The notes beneath the pieces are model-generated. The model was not told the DNA's origin and ran no database searches. It saw only the letters and a list, made by a program, of their open reading frames with translations. DNA of 64,000 nucleotides from Ignavibacteriota bacterium (GTDB taxonomy: Bacteria > Bacteroidota > Ignavibacteria > UBA10030 > UBA6906), in contig CAWDEM010000008.1 in the NCBI GenBank assembly GCA_963801355.1, positions 544,001 through 608,000 on the forward strand, written 5' to 3'. Positions within the stretch are counted from its first letter, which is position 1, and each line of letters starts with the position of its first letter. The translations under genes and the position numbers were made by a program. Positions 40,744-50,730 of this stretch are shown piece after piece.

Positions 40744-43700
40744 ATGAAAGCAAAGGAACGACTCCAAAGGTTGCTGTCGCTATTTCTGATGGCAGGCACG
40801 CTGGTCGGTCTCCAGCTGTTCAGTGGCTATGGGTGGGCGGAGAGGGTTGTGCAGGAGGAGGTTCAAGAGGGGCTGCTCGCCAGTCACGCGCGAGCCACGA
40901 GCAGCGACGTCTTTGCTGACATCGGCGGACGCGACATTGAGGCGCGGCGCGAGCTACTTAGAGAAGTCACACCTCCGAAGATGCCCCGCAAGATGCTGTC
41001 GGCCGGAAAGTCTGATCCCCGCGCGGCCTTCGAGCCGACGCAGAAAATTGATACACCGGAGAAACTGAATGCGGAGCTGGCGAGGCAACGGAGCTTGTAT
41101 GCGCCGTTCCTCGAAGTTCTCGCGCCCGAGCTGCCATCCCTGAGGGAAGCGCTGCGGCTGGAGGACTTCCGGTGGCGCCTCGAAACCGATGCCGACCGCG
41201 TCGATTTTCAGCACACACTGAGTGGGGCCGGGGGCTGGACAGCAGTCAAAGTACCCCACTTCGGCGGGCCGATCGGACGTGCGGCGGCGTACTACCGGAC
41301 TACGTTTCCGGTAACGCAAGCGATGCTCGACAAGGGCGCGGTGTTTGTGCGATTCGGCGCCGTGGACTACAAAGCGCACGTGTTCGTCAATGGACACTAC
41401 CTCGGCTCGCACGAGGGCTTCTTCGCTCCGTTTTCGTTTGAGTGCACTGCATCCGTACGCGAAGGCGACAATATTCTGCTGGTGAAGGTTGAGAACGACG
41501 CGGTCTTCCTGGGCAACGACTCCTGGGGTCAGCCGGAGGAAGGCGACAAACTGTATGCTGCCACGAACCTCGGGTGGGACGATCCGGCTATAGGTTGGCA
41601 CCATTGCCCGCCGGGCTTCGGGATCTATCAGGATGTGTTTATTGAAGCGTGTGCGCCACTGCATGTGGCCGATCTCTGGGTACGCCCGTTGCCCGATGAG
41701 GAGCGTGCCGAGGCATGGATCGAAGTCTGGAACCGTGACCGCCGGAACCGGCCGGCCTCGGTCGAGATCTCTGTATTCGGTCAGAATTTCAGGCAGACCG
41801 TCATCAGCCGTCTCCGCTACACGCCCGGCACGCGGATTATCCCCGGTGTCGGCGACCTGCAAAAACCGACCGACAACCAGGACGTGACGCTCACGATGGG
41901 TGCCGGCTCGAATCTGATCAAAGTCCCGCTGGCCATTCCACATCCGCGCCGCTGGGATCTGCACACGCCGTGGCTCTATCAGATCCAGGTCAACCTGCTT
42001 GACGAATCCGGGCACGTGGTGGATAACGCCAAACGGCAGTTCGGCATGCGCACCTTCCGGCAGGAAAACGACAACGTGCCTCGCGGCCGGATGTTCCTCA
42101 ACGGCCGGGACATCAAGCTGCGCGGCGCAAACACGATGGGCTTTGAACAGCAGGACGTGTTCCGGAAGGACTTCCGGCAACTCGTGGACGACATTCTGCT
42201 CGCGAAGATCTGCAACATGAACTACCTTCGGCTGACGCAGAGGCCCGTGCAGCCTGAAGTCTATGCGTACTGTGACCGGCTCGGGCTGATGACGCAGACC
42301 GACCTCCCGTTGTTCGGTTGTCTGCGCTACAACAAATTCGCCGAAGCCATTCGCCAGACCGAGGAGATGGAGCGGTTGGTGCGGGGTCACGCCTGCAACA
42401 TCATGATCACGTACATCAACGAACCGTTTCCCAACGCCAGTGGCAAACCACACCGGCATCTTACCCGCCCGGACCTGCAGGCATTCTTCGGTGCCGCCGA
42501 TCGCGCCGTGCGTGTGCTGAATCCTGACCGCGTTGTCAAACACGTCGAGGGTGATTACGATCCGCCGAGCGAAACCCTGCCGGACAATCACTGCTATTGC
42601 GGGTGGTACAACGGCCACGGACTTGAGCTCGGCAAGCTGCACCGGGGCTTCTGGGTGCCGGTCAATCGCGACTGGCTCCATGCGTGCGGCGAGTTCGGGG
42701 CAGAAGGCCTCGACCCTGAGGACCTCATGCGCCGCCGTTATCCCCGCACATGGCTGCCCGGAGCCGATGAATCCTCCTGGTCACCCGATTCCGTTCCCGG
42801 CGCACAGACCGGAAAGTTCCACTACATGTGGTTCGACACGCAGCATACGCTGGCAGACTGGGTGCGGCTCAGCCAACGCCACCAGGCATGGGCCACACGT
42901 CTGTTCGCCGAGCGATTCCGCCGCGACAACAGGATGGTCAGCTTTGCGATCCACCTGTTCGTTGACGCCTTCCCGGCCAGCTGGATGAAGGCGATCATGG
43001 ACTGCGAACGCCGGCCAAAGCCGGCGTACTTCGCCTATCGGGATGCCCTGGAACCGCTCACTGTCAGCATTCGGACTGACCGCTGGGCGTTCACCTCGGG
43101 CGAACCGATGACGTTCGAATTCTGGATTTGCAATGACACCCCCGAGGCTCCGAGGACGCTTCGCTTGCGCTGGCAGATCGAGCAGCGTGGTCGTGTCATC
43201 TTTGCACAGCAATCTCCGGCCACCGTGGAAGCGACACGTGCGGCATTCCAGGGATTCTTCACGCAGAGCGCGCCAGACGTTGACCAACGGACCAGGTATA
43301 CCTTGCGCCTCGCACTCGCCGACGGTGAGAAGATTTTGCGCGACACCGACATCGAGTATGAAGTCTTCCCTGCCCTGCCGCCCCTGCGCGAGGTGCAGGT
43401 CAGCGTCGTCGGCACGGGCAAGGCGCAACAACTTGTGCGGGAGTTGGGCGGAAAACCGGATGCGAGAACAGCGTCGGTGTTTCTTGTGGATGACTATACA
43501 ACGTACGTGCAGCGGCGGCATGACATTGACCGCGCCGTGGCTGCCGGTGCGCGCGCAGTGTTCCTCGAGCTACCGGTCGGTGAGTACGAGATCGGCGGCT
43601 CAATGGTACGCGTTGTGGAGTGCGTGATGCGAGCCCGGGAGTTTGTGTCCCGCGCTACAGGGCATCGGCTGGTGACCGGGTTTGAACCGGAAGATTTCAA

Positions 43701-43950
43701 GTGCTGGTATGACCCGAAGGCCGGCTATTTCCGACCTTTGCTGGCGACGGTATTCGACGCTGACGGCTGGCGGCCGATCCTGACCAATGGTAACGGGATC
43801 TGGGGCACTGGAGCGTGGAGAAAGATGTTCGCCGCAGCCGAGAAGCCCAGCGGGGGCGGTTCGTATATCGTTTGCCAGGTCGCGCTGGCGGGAAGGACCC
43901 GCCATAACCCCGCTGCCGGCATCTTCGCGCGCCGGTTACTGGAGAGGTGA
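40744..43950 (+). CDS. Glycoside hydrolase family 2 protein (secreted)
   Basis: FGAVDYKAHVFVNG...SHEGFFAPF, WDLHTPWLY, FGMR, LRGAN, INEP (acid/base) and GEFGA (nucleophile). GGAGGAG RBS before ATG 40744. Confidence 0.88.
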   Translation: MKAKERLQRLLSLFLMAGTLVGLQLFSGYGWAERVVQEEVQEGLLASHARATSSDVFADIGGRDIEARRELLREVTPPKMPRKMLSAGKSDPRAAFEPTQKIDTPEKLNAELARQRSLYAPFLEVLAPELPSLREALRLEDFRWRLETDADRVDFQHTLSGAGGWTAVKVPHFGGPIGRAAAYYRTTFPVTQAMLDKGAVFVRFGAVDYKAHVFVNGHYLGSHEGFFAPFSFECTASVREGDNILLVKVENDAVFLGNDSWGQPEEGDKLYAATNLGWDDPAIGWHHCPPGFGIYQDVFIEACAPLHVADLWVRPLPDEERAEAWIEVWNRDRRNRPASVEISVFGQNFRQTVISRLRYTPGTRIIPGVGDLQKPTDNQDVTLTMGAGSNLIKVPLAIPHPRRWDLHTPWLYQIQVNLLDESGHVVDNAKRQFGMRTFRQENDNVPRGRMFLNGRDIKLRGANTMGFEQQDVFRKDFRQLVDDILLAKICNMNYLRLTQRPVQPEVYAYCDRLGLMTQTDLPLFGCLRYNKFAEAIRQTEEMERLVRGHACNIMITYINEPFPNASGKPHRHLTRPDLQAFFGAADRAVRVLNPDRVVKHVEGDYDPPSETLPDNHCYCGWYNGHGLELGKLHRGFWVPVNRDWLHACGEFGAEGLDPEDLMRRRYPRTWLPGADESSWSPDSVPGAQTGKFHYMWFDTQHTLADWVRLSQRHQAWATRLFAERFRRDNRMVSFAIHLFVDAFPASWMKAIMDCERRPKPAYFAYRDALEPLTVSIRTDRWAFTSGEPMTFEFWICNDTPEAPRTLRLRWQIEQRGRVIFAQQSPATVEATRAAFQGFFTQSAPDVDQRTRYTLRLALADGEKILRDTDIEYEVFPALPPLREVQVSVVGTGKAQQLVRELGGKPDARTASVFLVDDYTTYVQRRHDIDRAVAAGARAVFLELPVGEYEIGGSMVRVVECVMRAREFVSRATGHRLVTGFEPEDFKCWYDPKAGYFRPLLATVFDADGWRPILTNGNGIWGTGAWRKMFAAAEKPSGGGSYIVCQVALAGRTRHNPAAGIFARRLLER

Positions 43951-43956
43951 CGCCGT

Positions 43957-44373
43957 TTAGTTCTCGTACATCTGGAATGACTTCACAATATGGTCTTCAA
44001 ACTGTACCTGGAGCAAATATCCCTTGGTATTCCACCTGTACGTGTCGGACTTTCCGATGTGCGAGACTTTGTCGCCCGGGCCGGCCATTTTGAACACCTC
44101 TGCCTCGGTCATGCCCTCGCTGATCTTGGGAGCACCCGTAACCGCTTTGGGTTGATACCGTTCGGTGTCGAAAGTTTTCTTCGCGCACAATGGACAGTCA
44201 ATGGCGTCTTTTGCACGTTCCCCCAACTCGGAGTTTTCAAGTGCGAGGGAACAATTCCGGGTCATGTGTGCCGTTGCACAGTTGGTGTTCCCGTACATTT
44301 TTCCAACCCACACCTTTTGTGCAGCACATGTCATGGTACAAAACACCAGCAGTAATATGGCCGCTTTCATCAT
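43957..44373 (-). CDS. Small exported hypothetical protein with a Cys/His cluster and a BamE/SmpA-like C-terminal motif
   Basis: AAGGAGG RBS and signal peptide, then CATAH...C...CPLC and ISEGMTEAEVFKMAG. Confidence 0.7.
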   Translation of the reverse strand: MMKAAILLLVFCTMTCAAQKVWVGKMYGNTNCATAHMTRNCSLALENSELGERAKDAIDCPLCAKKTFDTERYQPKAVTGAPKISEGMTEAEVFKMAGPGDKVSHIGKSDTYRWNTKGYLLQVQFEDHIVKSFQMYEN

Positions 44374-44554
44374 CGCCTCCTTGTGGGATGGTGTGTTGGC
44401 CTGGCTTTCCGCTCCCCTCCATAGCAGCCTGTCAGCCGTCGATGAGGAGAGCCGTGTGTTCCGGGCCACAGGAAGTATACCGAACAGGACTCCCAGATGA
44501 ATAGGCTGAAAGGATGAAAGAGTAGTTAATCCCTTTGAGGAACAGAATCACCTC

Positions 44555-45451
44555 ATGAAGACAAACCGGGTTCTCACCGGCCTGCTCGTCACATGGACCG
44601 CGGCGTCTGTCTGTTTTGGACAGTCAGACTCACTGCGCACAAAGATCTTGAACATCATTGGTGCGAAACGTGCTGATGTAGGAGTGGCGATTCAGGGCTC
44701 CCATCCGGCCGACACGCTCTTCGTCCATGGTGACAGGCACTACCCCATGCAGAGCGTATACAAGCTGCATCTTGCATTCACGGTGCTGGATCTTGTAGAC
44801 CAGGGAAAGCTCTCACTCGATCAGAAGATCCTTGTGACAAGCAGCGATTTGCCTCCAAGGACGTGGAGCCCTCTTCGGGAACGATATCCAGGCGGCAATG
44901 TGGAATTGACCCTGCAGGAAATTCTGACTTCCACAGTCTCGGAGAGCGACAACAACGGTTGCGACATTCTGTTCCGTTTGATCGGAGGGACGGGAGTGGC
45001 CAACGCTCACATGCATAGCCTGGGTGTCACTGACGTCGCGATCGCTGCAACGGAACAGGAGATGCACAGGGCCTGGGATGTGCAATACCGGAACTGGACC
45101 ACGCCACGTGCGGCGCTTGAACTGCTCGTTGGATTCCGGGGCGGCCAATTCCTGTCGGCCGAAAGCCGGCAGGTTCTCTGGCGACTCCTCGTTGGAACGT
45201 CGACCGGACCGAAAAGGCTCAAGGGCCTGCTGCCGGAGAGCACGATCGTCGCCCACAAGACAGGTTCCTCGGGAAAAAATGAACACGGGCTTTCCGCTGC
45301 GACCAACGACATGGGCATCATCGTTCTTCCCGATGGAAGATGGATCGCCATTGCGGTGTTTGTGACTGAATCTTATGAAGATGAAGATACCAATGAGCGA
45401 ATGATTGCGGAGATAGCAAAGGCGATATGGGATTCTCAGAGGGCACAATGA
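44555..45451 (+). CDS. bla: Class A serine beta-lactamase (subclass A2; PER/VEB/CepA-like)
   Basis: PMQSVYK (SxxK), TWSP, SDNNGCD, omega loop ATEQEMH with a Glu166 equivalent, and HKTG. Confidence 0.93.
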   Translation: MKTNRVLTGLLVTWTAASVCFGQSDSLRTKILNIIGAKRADVGVAIQGSHPADTLFVHGDRHYPMQSVYKLHLAFTVLDLVDQGKLSLDQKILVTSSDLPPRTWSPLRERYPGGNVELTLQEILTSTVSESDNNGCDILFRLIGGTGVANAHMHSLGVTDVAIAATEQEMHRAWDVQYRNWTTPRAALELLVGFRGGQFLSAESRQVLWRLLVGTSTGPKRLKGLLPESTIVAHKTGSSGKNEHGLSAATNDMGIIVLPDGRWIAIAVFVTESYEDEDTNERMIAEIAKAIWDSQRAQ

Positions 45452-45816
45452 AATCGCGTCAGGAAATCAAACGGGAATACAAGGAGCGGAAGAAACCAGC
45501 TGGCATCTTCCAGGTAAAGAACATCAGGAACGGCAAGGTCCTTCTTGGAAGCAGCCTGAATCTGGAAGGAGCACTGAACCGTCACAGGTTCGAGCTTGAA
45601 GTGGGGTCGCACCGCAGTAAGGAACTTCAGAGGGATTGGAATGAGTTGGGAGCCGACGCATTCGTTTTTGAGATCCTCGAGGAAGTGAAGGTGCGGGACG
45701 TTCCCCACTTTGACCTCGGCGATGAACTGACCCTTCTGGAGCAGATCTGGATCGAGGAGCTACAGCCATTCAGCGAACGGGGGTACAACAGGGAGCCAAA
45801 GATCCGGCAAGCGTAG
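45448..45816 (+). CDS. GIY-YIG nuclease family small protein
   Basis: AGIFQVKN...LLGSS...NRHRFEL...LQRDWNELG...FEILE...GYN. ATGA overlap with bla. Confidence 0.85.
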   Translation: MKSRQEIKREYKERKKPAGIFQVKNIRNGKVLLGSSLNLEGALNRHRFELEVGSHRSKELQRDWNELGADAFVFEILEEVKVRDVPHFDLGDELTLLEQIWIEELQPFSERGYNREPKIRQA

Positions 45817-45846
45817 AAGGGACCAACGGCTCCTCAGGACGAGGGA

Positions 45847-48126
45847 CTACCTCAACACAACGAGCTTCTTTGTGTCGGTGAACGATCCCGTTGTCGGCGG
45901 AATCCCCGGGAGCGACCCTTCCAAGGGGTGGACAAAGAGTCTGTAGAAGTACACGCCGCTTGACAAATGCGAAGCATCAAACTTGACCTCGTGATAGCCT
46001 GCACCCGTCCTCGCATTCACCAGCACCGCTACTTCGCGACCCAGTACGTCATATACACTGAGCCGTACCCACCTATTCCCTGCTGCCTCGTGCCTATCGC
46101 CTGTTCCCGGTACCGTGTATCCTATCGTCGTACTCGGATTGAACGGATTGGGATAGTTCTGGCTGAGAAAGGCAGTCCGCGGCATTTGATCCGCGGGAGA
46201 GAGTGACAACCCAGCGGGCTCCCGACGGGGGGTGCCTGTGAGGAGTATGGTACCGTTGTCTCCTGCCGCCCACGCAACAGTGTCATCGAGAACGCTCAGC
46301 GAAAAGAGATCGTAGGCTGTTTTTGCGAATTCGGTGTTCCATGTCGATCCTGCGTCTGTGGAGCGAAGGATCAACCCTGTGTCACCGACCGCACGCGCCT
46401 GAGACATCGTCATGCCATCTACCGCAAACAGATTGCGCAATGTCCCGGTAGAGGTCGGAGTCCAGGTGGTCCCCCCGTCGGTTGTTCGCACAATGACACC
46501 GTTGCCACCACCGGCATACCCATAGGAGTCATCCGCAAACGAAGTGCTCCAGAGGACCGTTGATACCGGGCTTGCTTGCGGCGCCCATGAAGCGCCGTCG
46601 ATGGTGTGGTGGATAGCGCCGTATTCGCCGACCATCCATCCGAGTTCGTCGGATATCATCTCGATCCCGTACAAGGGTGTCGTTGTCCCACTCGATTCAT
46701 GTCTCCACTGTGCCCCACCGTCCTCAGTTCGTAGAAGAACTCCGTGATCACCCGCCGCCCAGCCATGAAGTTCATTGGTAAAGGCCACACTGAGTAACGT
46801 AAGGGTAGTGTACGTGGATTGTTGCATCCAGCTCATCCCACGGTCAGTCGAATGGAGAAGCACGCCCAGATCGCCGACCACCCAGATCTTGTTTCCTACG
46901 TATGATACGCCATAGAAGGAGTCCCCCGTCAGACCATTGTCCAGCTTCTGCCAGGTCAGTCCACCGTCGATCGTGCGCAGCAGGTATCCCCATTGTCCCA
47001 CGGCGATGCCGTTCATGGGGTCGGCAAATGTCAGCCAGTTGACCGACGGGAAGTTGCCGGCATTCAGATATGTCCACTGAAGTTCGGGTCCTCTGCGGGC
47101 AAGAAAGCCATATTCGCCGACGGCGACCAACGAGGCCCCTGCCTGTGCGATTCCGTTTGCGGAAGCAAAGGTTTCCCGGAACGGATCCGAAGTCCACTGT
47201 GAGCCGGCCGATGTGGAGTGTAAGACGGTCGCATCATCGCCCACGATCCAGGACTCCGTGCTGTTCGCGAGGAGAATATCGTTGAGTCCTTTGGTCGTGC
47301 CCGAAGCAATCTGGGACCAGGAGGTTCCGCCATTCGAAGTGGACATAATGAGGCCGCCGCCGCCGACTATGAATCCCGAAAGCCCGTCGGCAAGAAACTC
47401 GATCTTCAGACCGGGCGCCGCAAGTGTCTGAACGAGCGTCCAGACGGCACCCCCGTCAACAGATCGAAAAAGCGACCCTCCAGTGCCCCCCATGGCGCCG
47501 CCGTATCCTGCGGCCCACCCGTTGGTTGCCGTCGTGAACGCTATGCTGTTGACGCCGCCGTTGCCCTGTTGCGTCGGAAGGATCGCTCGTGCCCATGTTG
47601 CCCCTCCATCCGTCGTGCGGATGATCGTCTTGGCGTCCCCGCCCGCCCACCCATTCAGATAATCGCGAAACACGACGGCATTCAGACCGTTTGCGGTTCC
47701 GCTCGACTGCTCCAACCATTGCCACCCGCCGTTCGTCGTGTGCACAACCGTTCCGTTGTCACCGACTATCCACGCCGTCAGAGAGTCGACGACTGCCACA
47801 TCGCGCAGGTTGTCCGTGACGCCTTCGTATTGCAGGAGCCATGTCACGCCACCATCCTTCGTGGCCAGAATTGTTCCGGCATCTCCCACCGCGAAGCCGC
47901 AACGCTCACCGGCAAACGCGACCCTACCGAGGGTATTGCCTTGCGGCAGCGGATGCTGCCACCGCCACTCCGCAGTTTGTGCCGTGCCGATCTCTCGTCC
48001 GCACAAGAGCGCAAAAGTAACGGCCATCAAGAATGTGCTCCATGCTCGATACCCTGAGAAATTTCTATGCATCCGTCCGCTTCGTCCTGCTACCTGCATT
48101 GCTCCGTTCCTGGCTTCTGTTCTCAT
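45847..48126 (-). CDS. YCF48/BNR-repeat beta-propeller protein with a T9SS type A sorting domain
   Basis: More than a dozen repeats of WxVGxxGxIxxTxDGGxTW. C-terminus LSQNYPNPFNPSTTI...VYDVLGREVAVL...SSGVYFYRL...KKLVVLR. Start uncertain (48138, 48126 or 48072). Confidence 0.9.
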   Translation of the reverse strand: MRTEARNGAMQVAGRSGRMHRNFSGYRAWSTFLMAVTFALLCGREIGTAQTAEWRWQHPLPQGNTLGRVAFAGERCGFAVGDAGTILATKDGGVTWLLQYEGVTDNLRDVAVVDSLTAWIVGDNGTVVHTTNGGWQWLEQSSGTANGLNAVVFRDYLNGWAGGDAKTIIRTTDGGATWARAILPTQQGNGGVNSIAFTTATNGWAAGYGGAMGGTGGSLFRSVDGGAVWTLVQTLAAPGLKIEFLADGLSGFIVGGGGLIMSTSNGGTSWSQIASGTTKGLNDILLANSTESWIVGDDATVLHSTSAGSQWTSDPFRETFASANGIAQAGASLVAVGEYGFLARRGPELQWTYLNAGNFPSVNWLTFADPMNGIAVGQWGYLLRTIDGGLTWQKLDNGLTGDSFYGVSYVGNKIWVVGDLGVLLHSTDRGMSWMQQSTYTTLTLLSVAFTNELHGWAAGDHGVLLRTEDGGAQWRHESSGTTTPLYGIEMISDELGWMVGEYGAIHHTIDGASWAPQASPVSTVLWSTSFADDSYGYAGGGNGVIVRTTDGGTTWTPTSTGTLRNLFAVDGMTMSQARAVGDTGLILRSTDAGSTWNTEFAKTAYDLFSLSVLDDTVAWAAGDNGTILLTGTPRREPAGLSLSPADQMPRTAFLSQNYPNPFNPSTTIGYTVPGTGDRHEAAGNRWVRLSVYDVLGREVAVLVNARTGAGYHEVKFDASHLSSGVYFYRLFVHPLEGSLPGIPPTTGSFTDTKKLVVLR

Positions 48127-48161
48127 GAATTGTTCCACCCCCCTGCCGCCGCGCCTCCTGG

Positions 48162-49454
48162 CTAGAAACCAATTCCCACACTGACGCCGACCTGATGGTG
48201 ACTGAAATCATTGTAATCGTCATTTGACTGGTTGCGCGCTGCACCGGCACTGAACGCAACATCCAATCCCACGCCGCCGGACAGTTCGAAATAGCGTGAC
48301 AGCCAGAGTTCTGCGGAGCCAAGGAGATCGATCCTGTTCCCAGCTATCACATCGCCATCCAGATTGAGCGCAGGCGCAGAGAAGCGTTTCCTTTGTGCTT
48401 CGACAGTCACGATCATCTGCAGCCCGAACGGGAGCGTCTGCCTGAAACCGACGCTCGACGACGGGCCCTCGTAGCTGAAGAAGTCGTTGTAGATATCTTG
48501 ATCGAGCATCGACGTATTGGCGTATTGCGCCAGATACCGCGATCCCGATCCAAGGTTGTGACGGTAGAGGATCTCCACTTTCAGGGACCCGGCACTCCAC
48601 GATGAGCCCGCGAACACTCCGCCGGCGAGCTGCGACGACGTGCCTGTGGTCGCGTTCACCAGGATTTCCTTGCCGGAAGGGACAACAAGCTTTGCGCCGG
48701 GTTTACCCTTGCCGTTGTTCTTTTCGACGTAGGTCCGTTTTGTTTCAAACCGTGTGGTATCATACAGATCGTTGGTGTAGTGCTTTATCCCTGCCTGGGC
48801 CGAGACGCCGAGTGTGAGTGCGTGAGGCGAAAAACGTCCGAGCTGAACCGACACCACGTCGGAAATATTGGAGAGTTCCTCGAGGTTCTGATATGTTCGC
48901 AGACCAAGATCGTTATGGATCCGCATAAAGAGGGCTCCGATGCGAAAACGGTAGGCAGCAGTGAGCGACGCACCCGTATTGTCGAATTCACGGAACACGG
49001 CCTTGTCATATCTGCCGCCTATCCGGGCGGCAACATCGAGGTAGGACTTCACGGAATCCATGTCGGCCGATTCCTCTTCCTCCACATCACTTTCGTCATC
49101 GGCATCTTCGGCCCGTGGCGAGGGAGCAATGGCGCCGAAGACCTGCTGCAACGCGACGCGCCCATTGTGCTCATAGTAGTTGCGGTCCGTGAAGGCATTG
49201 AAGATCATCACACCGCCCACATACCCCGCAGATATCGATCCGTTGCCGACAGGGTGCGCATACTGCAGCTCAAGATACCCCTGGCGCAACTGGTCGCCGA
49301 TTGCCTCATAGTTGTACAGTGGATTGCGATGATACCCGTACGACACGGACATGAAACCGGACACCTGGGCAGACGCGGGCAGACGGCCCACGAGGCAGAA
49401 CAGGAGAAGGCTGCTCCATCGGAGAACCCGTGGAAACACGATGTCAGAGGTCAT
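48162..49454 (-). CDS. Hypothetical outer-membrane beta-barrel protein
   Basis: Signal peptide (ASA-Q), amphipathic strands, an acidic loop and a C-terminal VSVGIGF. Start overlaps the GT2 stop. Confidence 0.75.
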   Translation of the reverse strand: MTSDIVFPRVLRWSSLLLFCLVGRLPASAQVSGFMSVSYGYHRNPLYNYEAIGDQLRQGYLELQYAHPVGNGSISAGYVGGVMIFNAFTDRNYYEHNGRVALQQVFGAIAPSPRAEDADDESDVEEEESADMDSVKSYLDVAARIGGRYDKAVFREFDNTGASLTAAYRFRIGALFMRIHNDLGLRTYQNLEELSNISDVVSVQLGRFSPHALTLGVSAQAGIKHYTNDLYDTTRFETKRTYVEKNNGKGKPGAKLVVPSGKEILVNATTGTSSQLAGGVFAGSSWSAGSLKVEILYRHNLGSGSRYLAQYANTSMLDQDIYNDFFSYEGPSSSVGFRQTLPFGLQMIVTVEAQRKRFSAPALNLDGDVIAGNRIDLLGSAELWLSRYFELSGGVGLDVAFSAGAARNQSNDDYNDFSHHQVGVSVGIGF

Positions 49455-50730
49455 GCGAAGTCTCCGGAGTGTGAACCACCTCGAACCGTTCAGTCTTTGC
49501 CCATACGCGCTTATCTTTCCGCACAACATCGGACCATAACGCCTTGACGACAATAACCATCCAGAGTTGACAGTAGGTGAAATACATTACCACCGTCAGA
49601 GCCATATTGCGGAGAGTGTCTTCCCGATCATACGAAAGGGTCACCAGCATCTCGCCCATGAACAGGAAGAACGCAAGAATCCATACCGCTGTGTAGGGAC
49701 CGGGGAGTGCAATGCTGACCAGCCTGGATACGCTCAAGACAAACAGCAGGTCCGAGATGACGATTGCGGCGAAGAAGACGTAATAGAGCGCGAGCGTATA
49801 GAAAAGATCAAATCGCAGGCGTCGATTCTTGAAATGCGGGATGAGCCTGAAGAATTTAGCGATGACATAATTGTTTCCCCGGACCCACCGCATGCGCTGG
49901 CGAATCCAGACAGCCCACTCCTGCGGTTCCTGCTCATACGTGATCGCATACGGGATGTACTTGATAATATAGCCTTCCTCATAAATGCGGATGCTCAGTT
50001 CAGAGTCCTCCGTCAGGGCTTGTTCATCCCACCCGTTGAGCTGACGGATCAGCGCCGTGCGCATGACGAAATTGGTCCCGGGCAACGTGGCGATATGGTG
50101 GAGCTGCGATCGCCCCGCCTGGAGCATGGATTGAAAACTCAATGTCTCAATGTTGATGAAACGCGTCAGGAGCGTCGCATTCTTGTTCACCGTCCGGAAC
50201 TTGCCCAGCACGGCTCCCAGCTCGGGGTGCAGCACAAGCTGCGCCACCAGGTACCGCAACGCGTGCGGGTCCGGAGTATTGTCGGCGTCATAAACAGCCA
50301 CGACTTCCGAATCCACCTGATGAATCCCGAGGTTGAGAGCTCTGGACTTCCCTTTCCCTCCTTTGCCTTCCGGAACATCATACAGGACAATGCGCGGATC
50401 GGATGCCGCCATCTCCTGGATGATGTCTTTCGTGCGATCAGAGGACCCGTCGTTGATCACCACGATCCGCAGCCGTTCACGGGGATACTCCAGCCGCAGC
50501 ATGGCCTCGAGGGCCTGGCGGATCACTTTTTCCTCGTTGTGTGCCGGGATCAGAATCGTGCAGCTGGGAAGATTGGGAGCCAGCACATCCACTTCCCTCT
50601 TTTCGCGAACAGACCGAAGGAAATTGGCGTACCCAAACAACGTCAGTACGAACTGGTATGCGATCATGAACCAGATCAGGATTACGGCAAGGACGAAGAG
50701 CGCACTCAGATCAAGCTCAAGCAGAGTCAT
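49444..50730 (-). CDS. Processive glycosyltransferase family 2 (YdaM/IcaA/CesA-like synthase)
   Basis: IPAHNEE, INDGSSD, GKSRALN, YDAD (DxD), LTED and QRMRW (QxxRW), with N- and C-terminal TMs. Confidence 0.92.
   Translation of the reverse strand: MTLLELDLSALFVLAVILIWFMIAYQFVLTLFGYANFLRSVREKREVDVLAPNLPSCTILIPAHNEEKVIRQALEAMLRLEYPRERLRIVVINDGSSDRTKDIIQEMAASDPRIVLYDVPEGKGGKGKSRALNLGIHQVDSEVVAVYDADNTPDPHALRYLVAQLVLHPELGAVLGKFRTVNKNATLLTRFINIETLSFQSMLQAGRSQLHHIATLPGTNFVMRTALIRQLNGWDEQALTEDSELSIRIYEEGYIIKYIPYAITYEQEPQEWAVWIRQRMRWVRGNNYVIAKFFRLIPHFKNRRLRFDLFYTLALYYVFFAAIVISDLLFVLSVSRLVSIALPGPYTAVWILAFFLFMGEMLVTLSYDREDTLRNMALTVVMYFTYCQLWMVIVVKALWSDVVRKDKRVWAKTERFEVVHTPETSHDL

Noticed and set aside
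40954-42681. 575-aa minus-strand ORF
   Set aside because: Antisense shadow of the GH2 gene, with no recognisable features.
45448-45816. GIY-YIG gene as a homing endonuclease or mobile element
   Set aside because: It is a small stand-alone type with no DNA-binding extension, intron context or flanking repeats.
45847-48126. Repetitive DNA inside the YCF48 gene
   Set aside because: The repeats are degenerate protein-level BNR/propeller blades, not a DNA repeat element.
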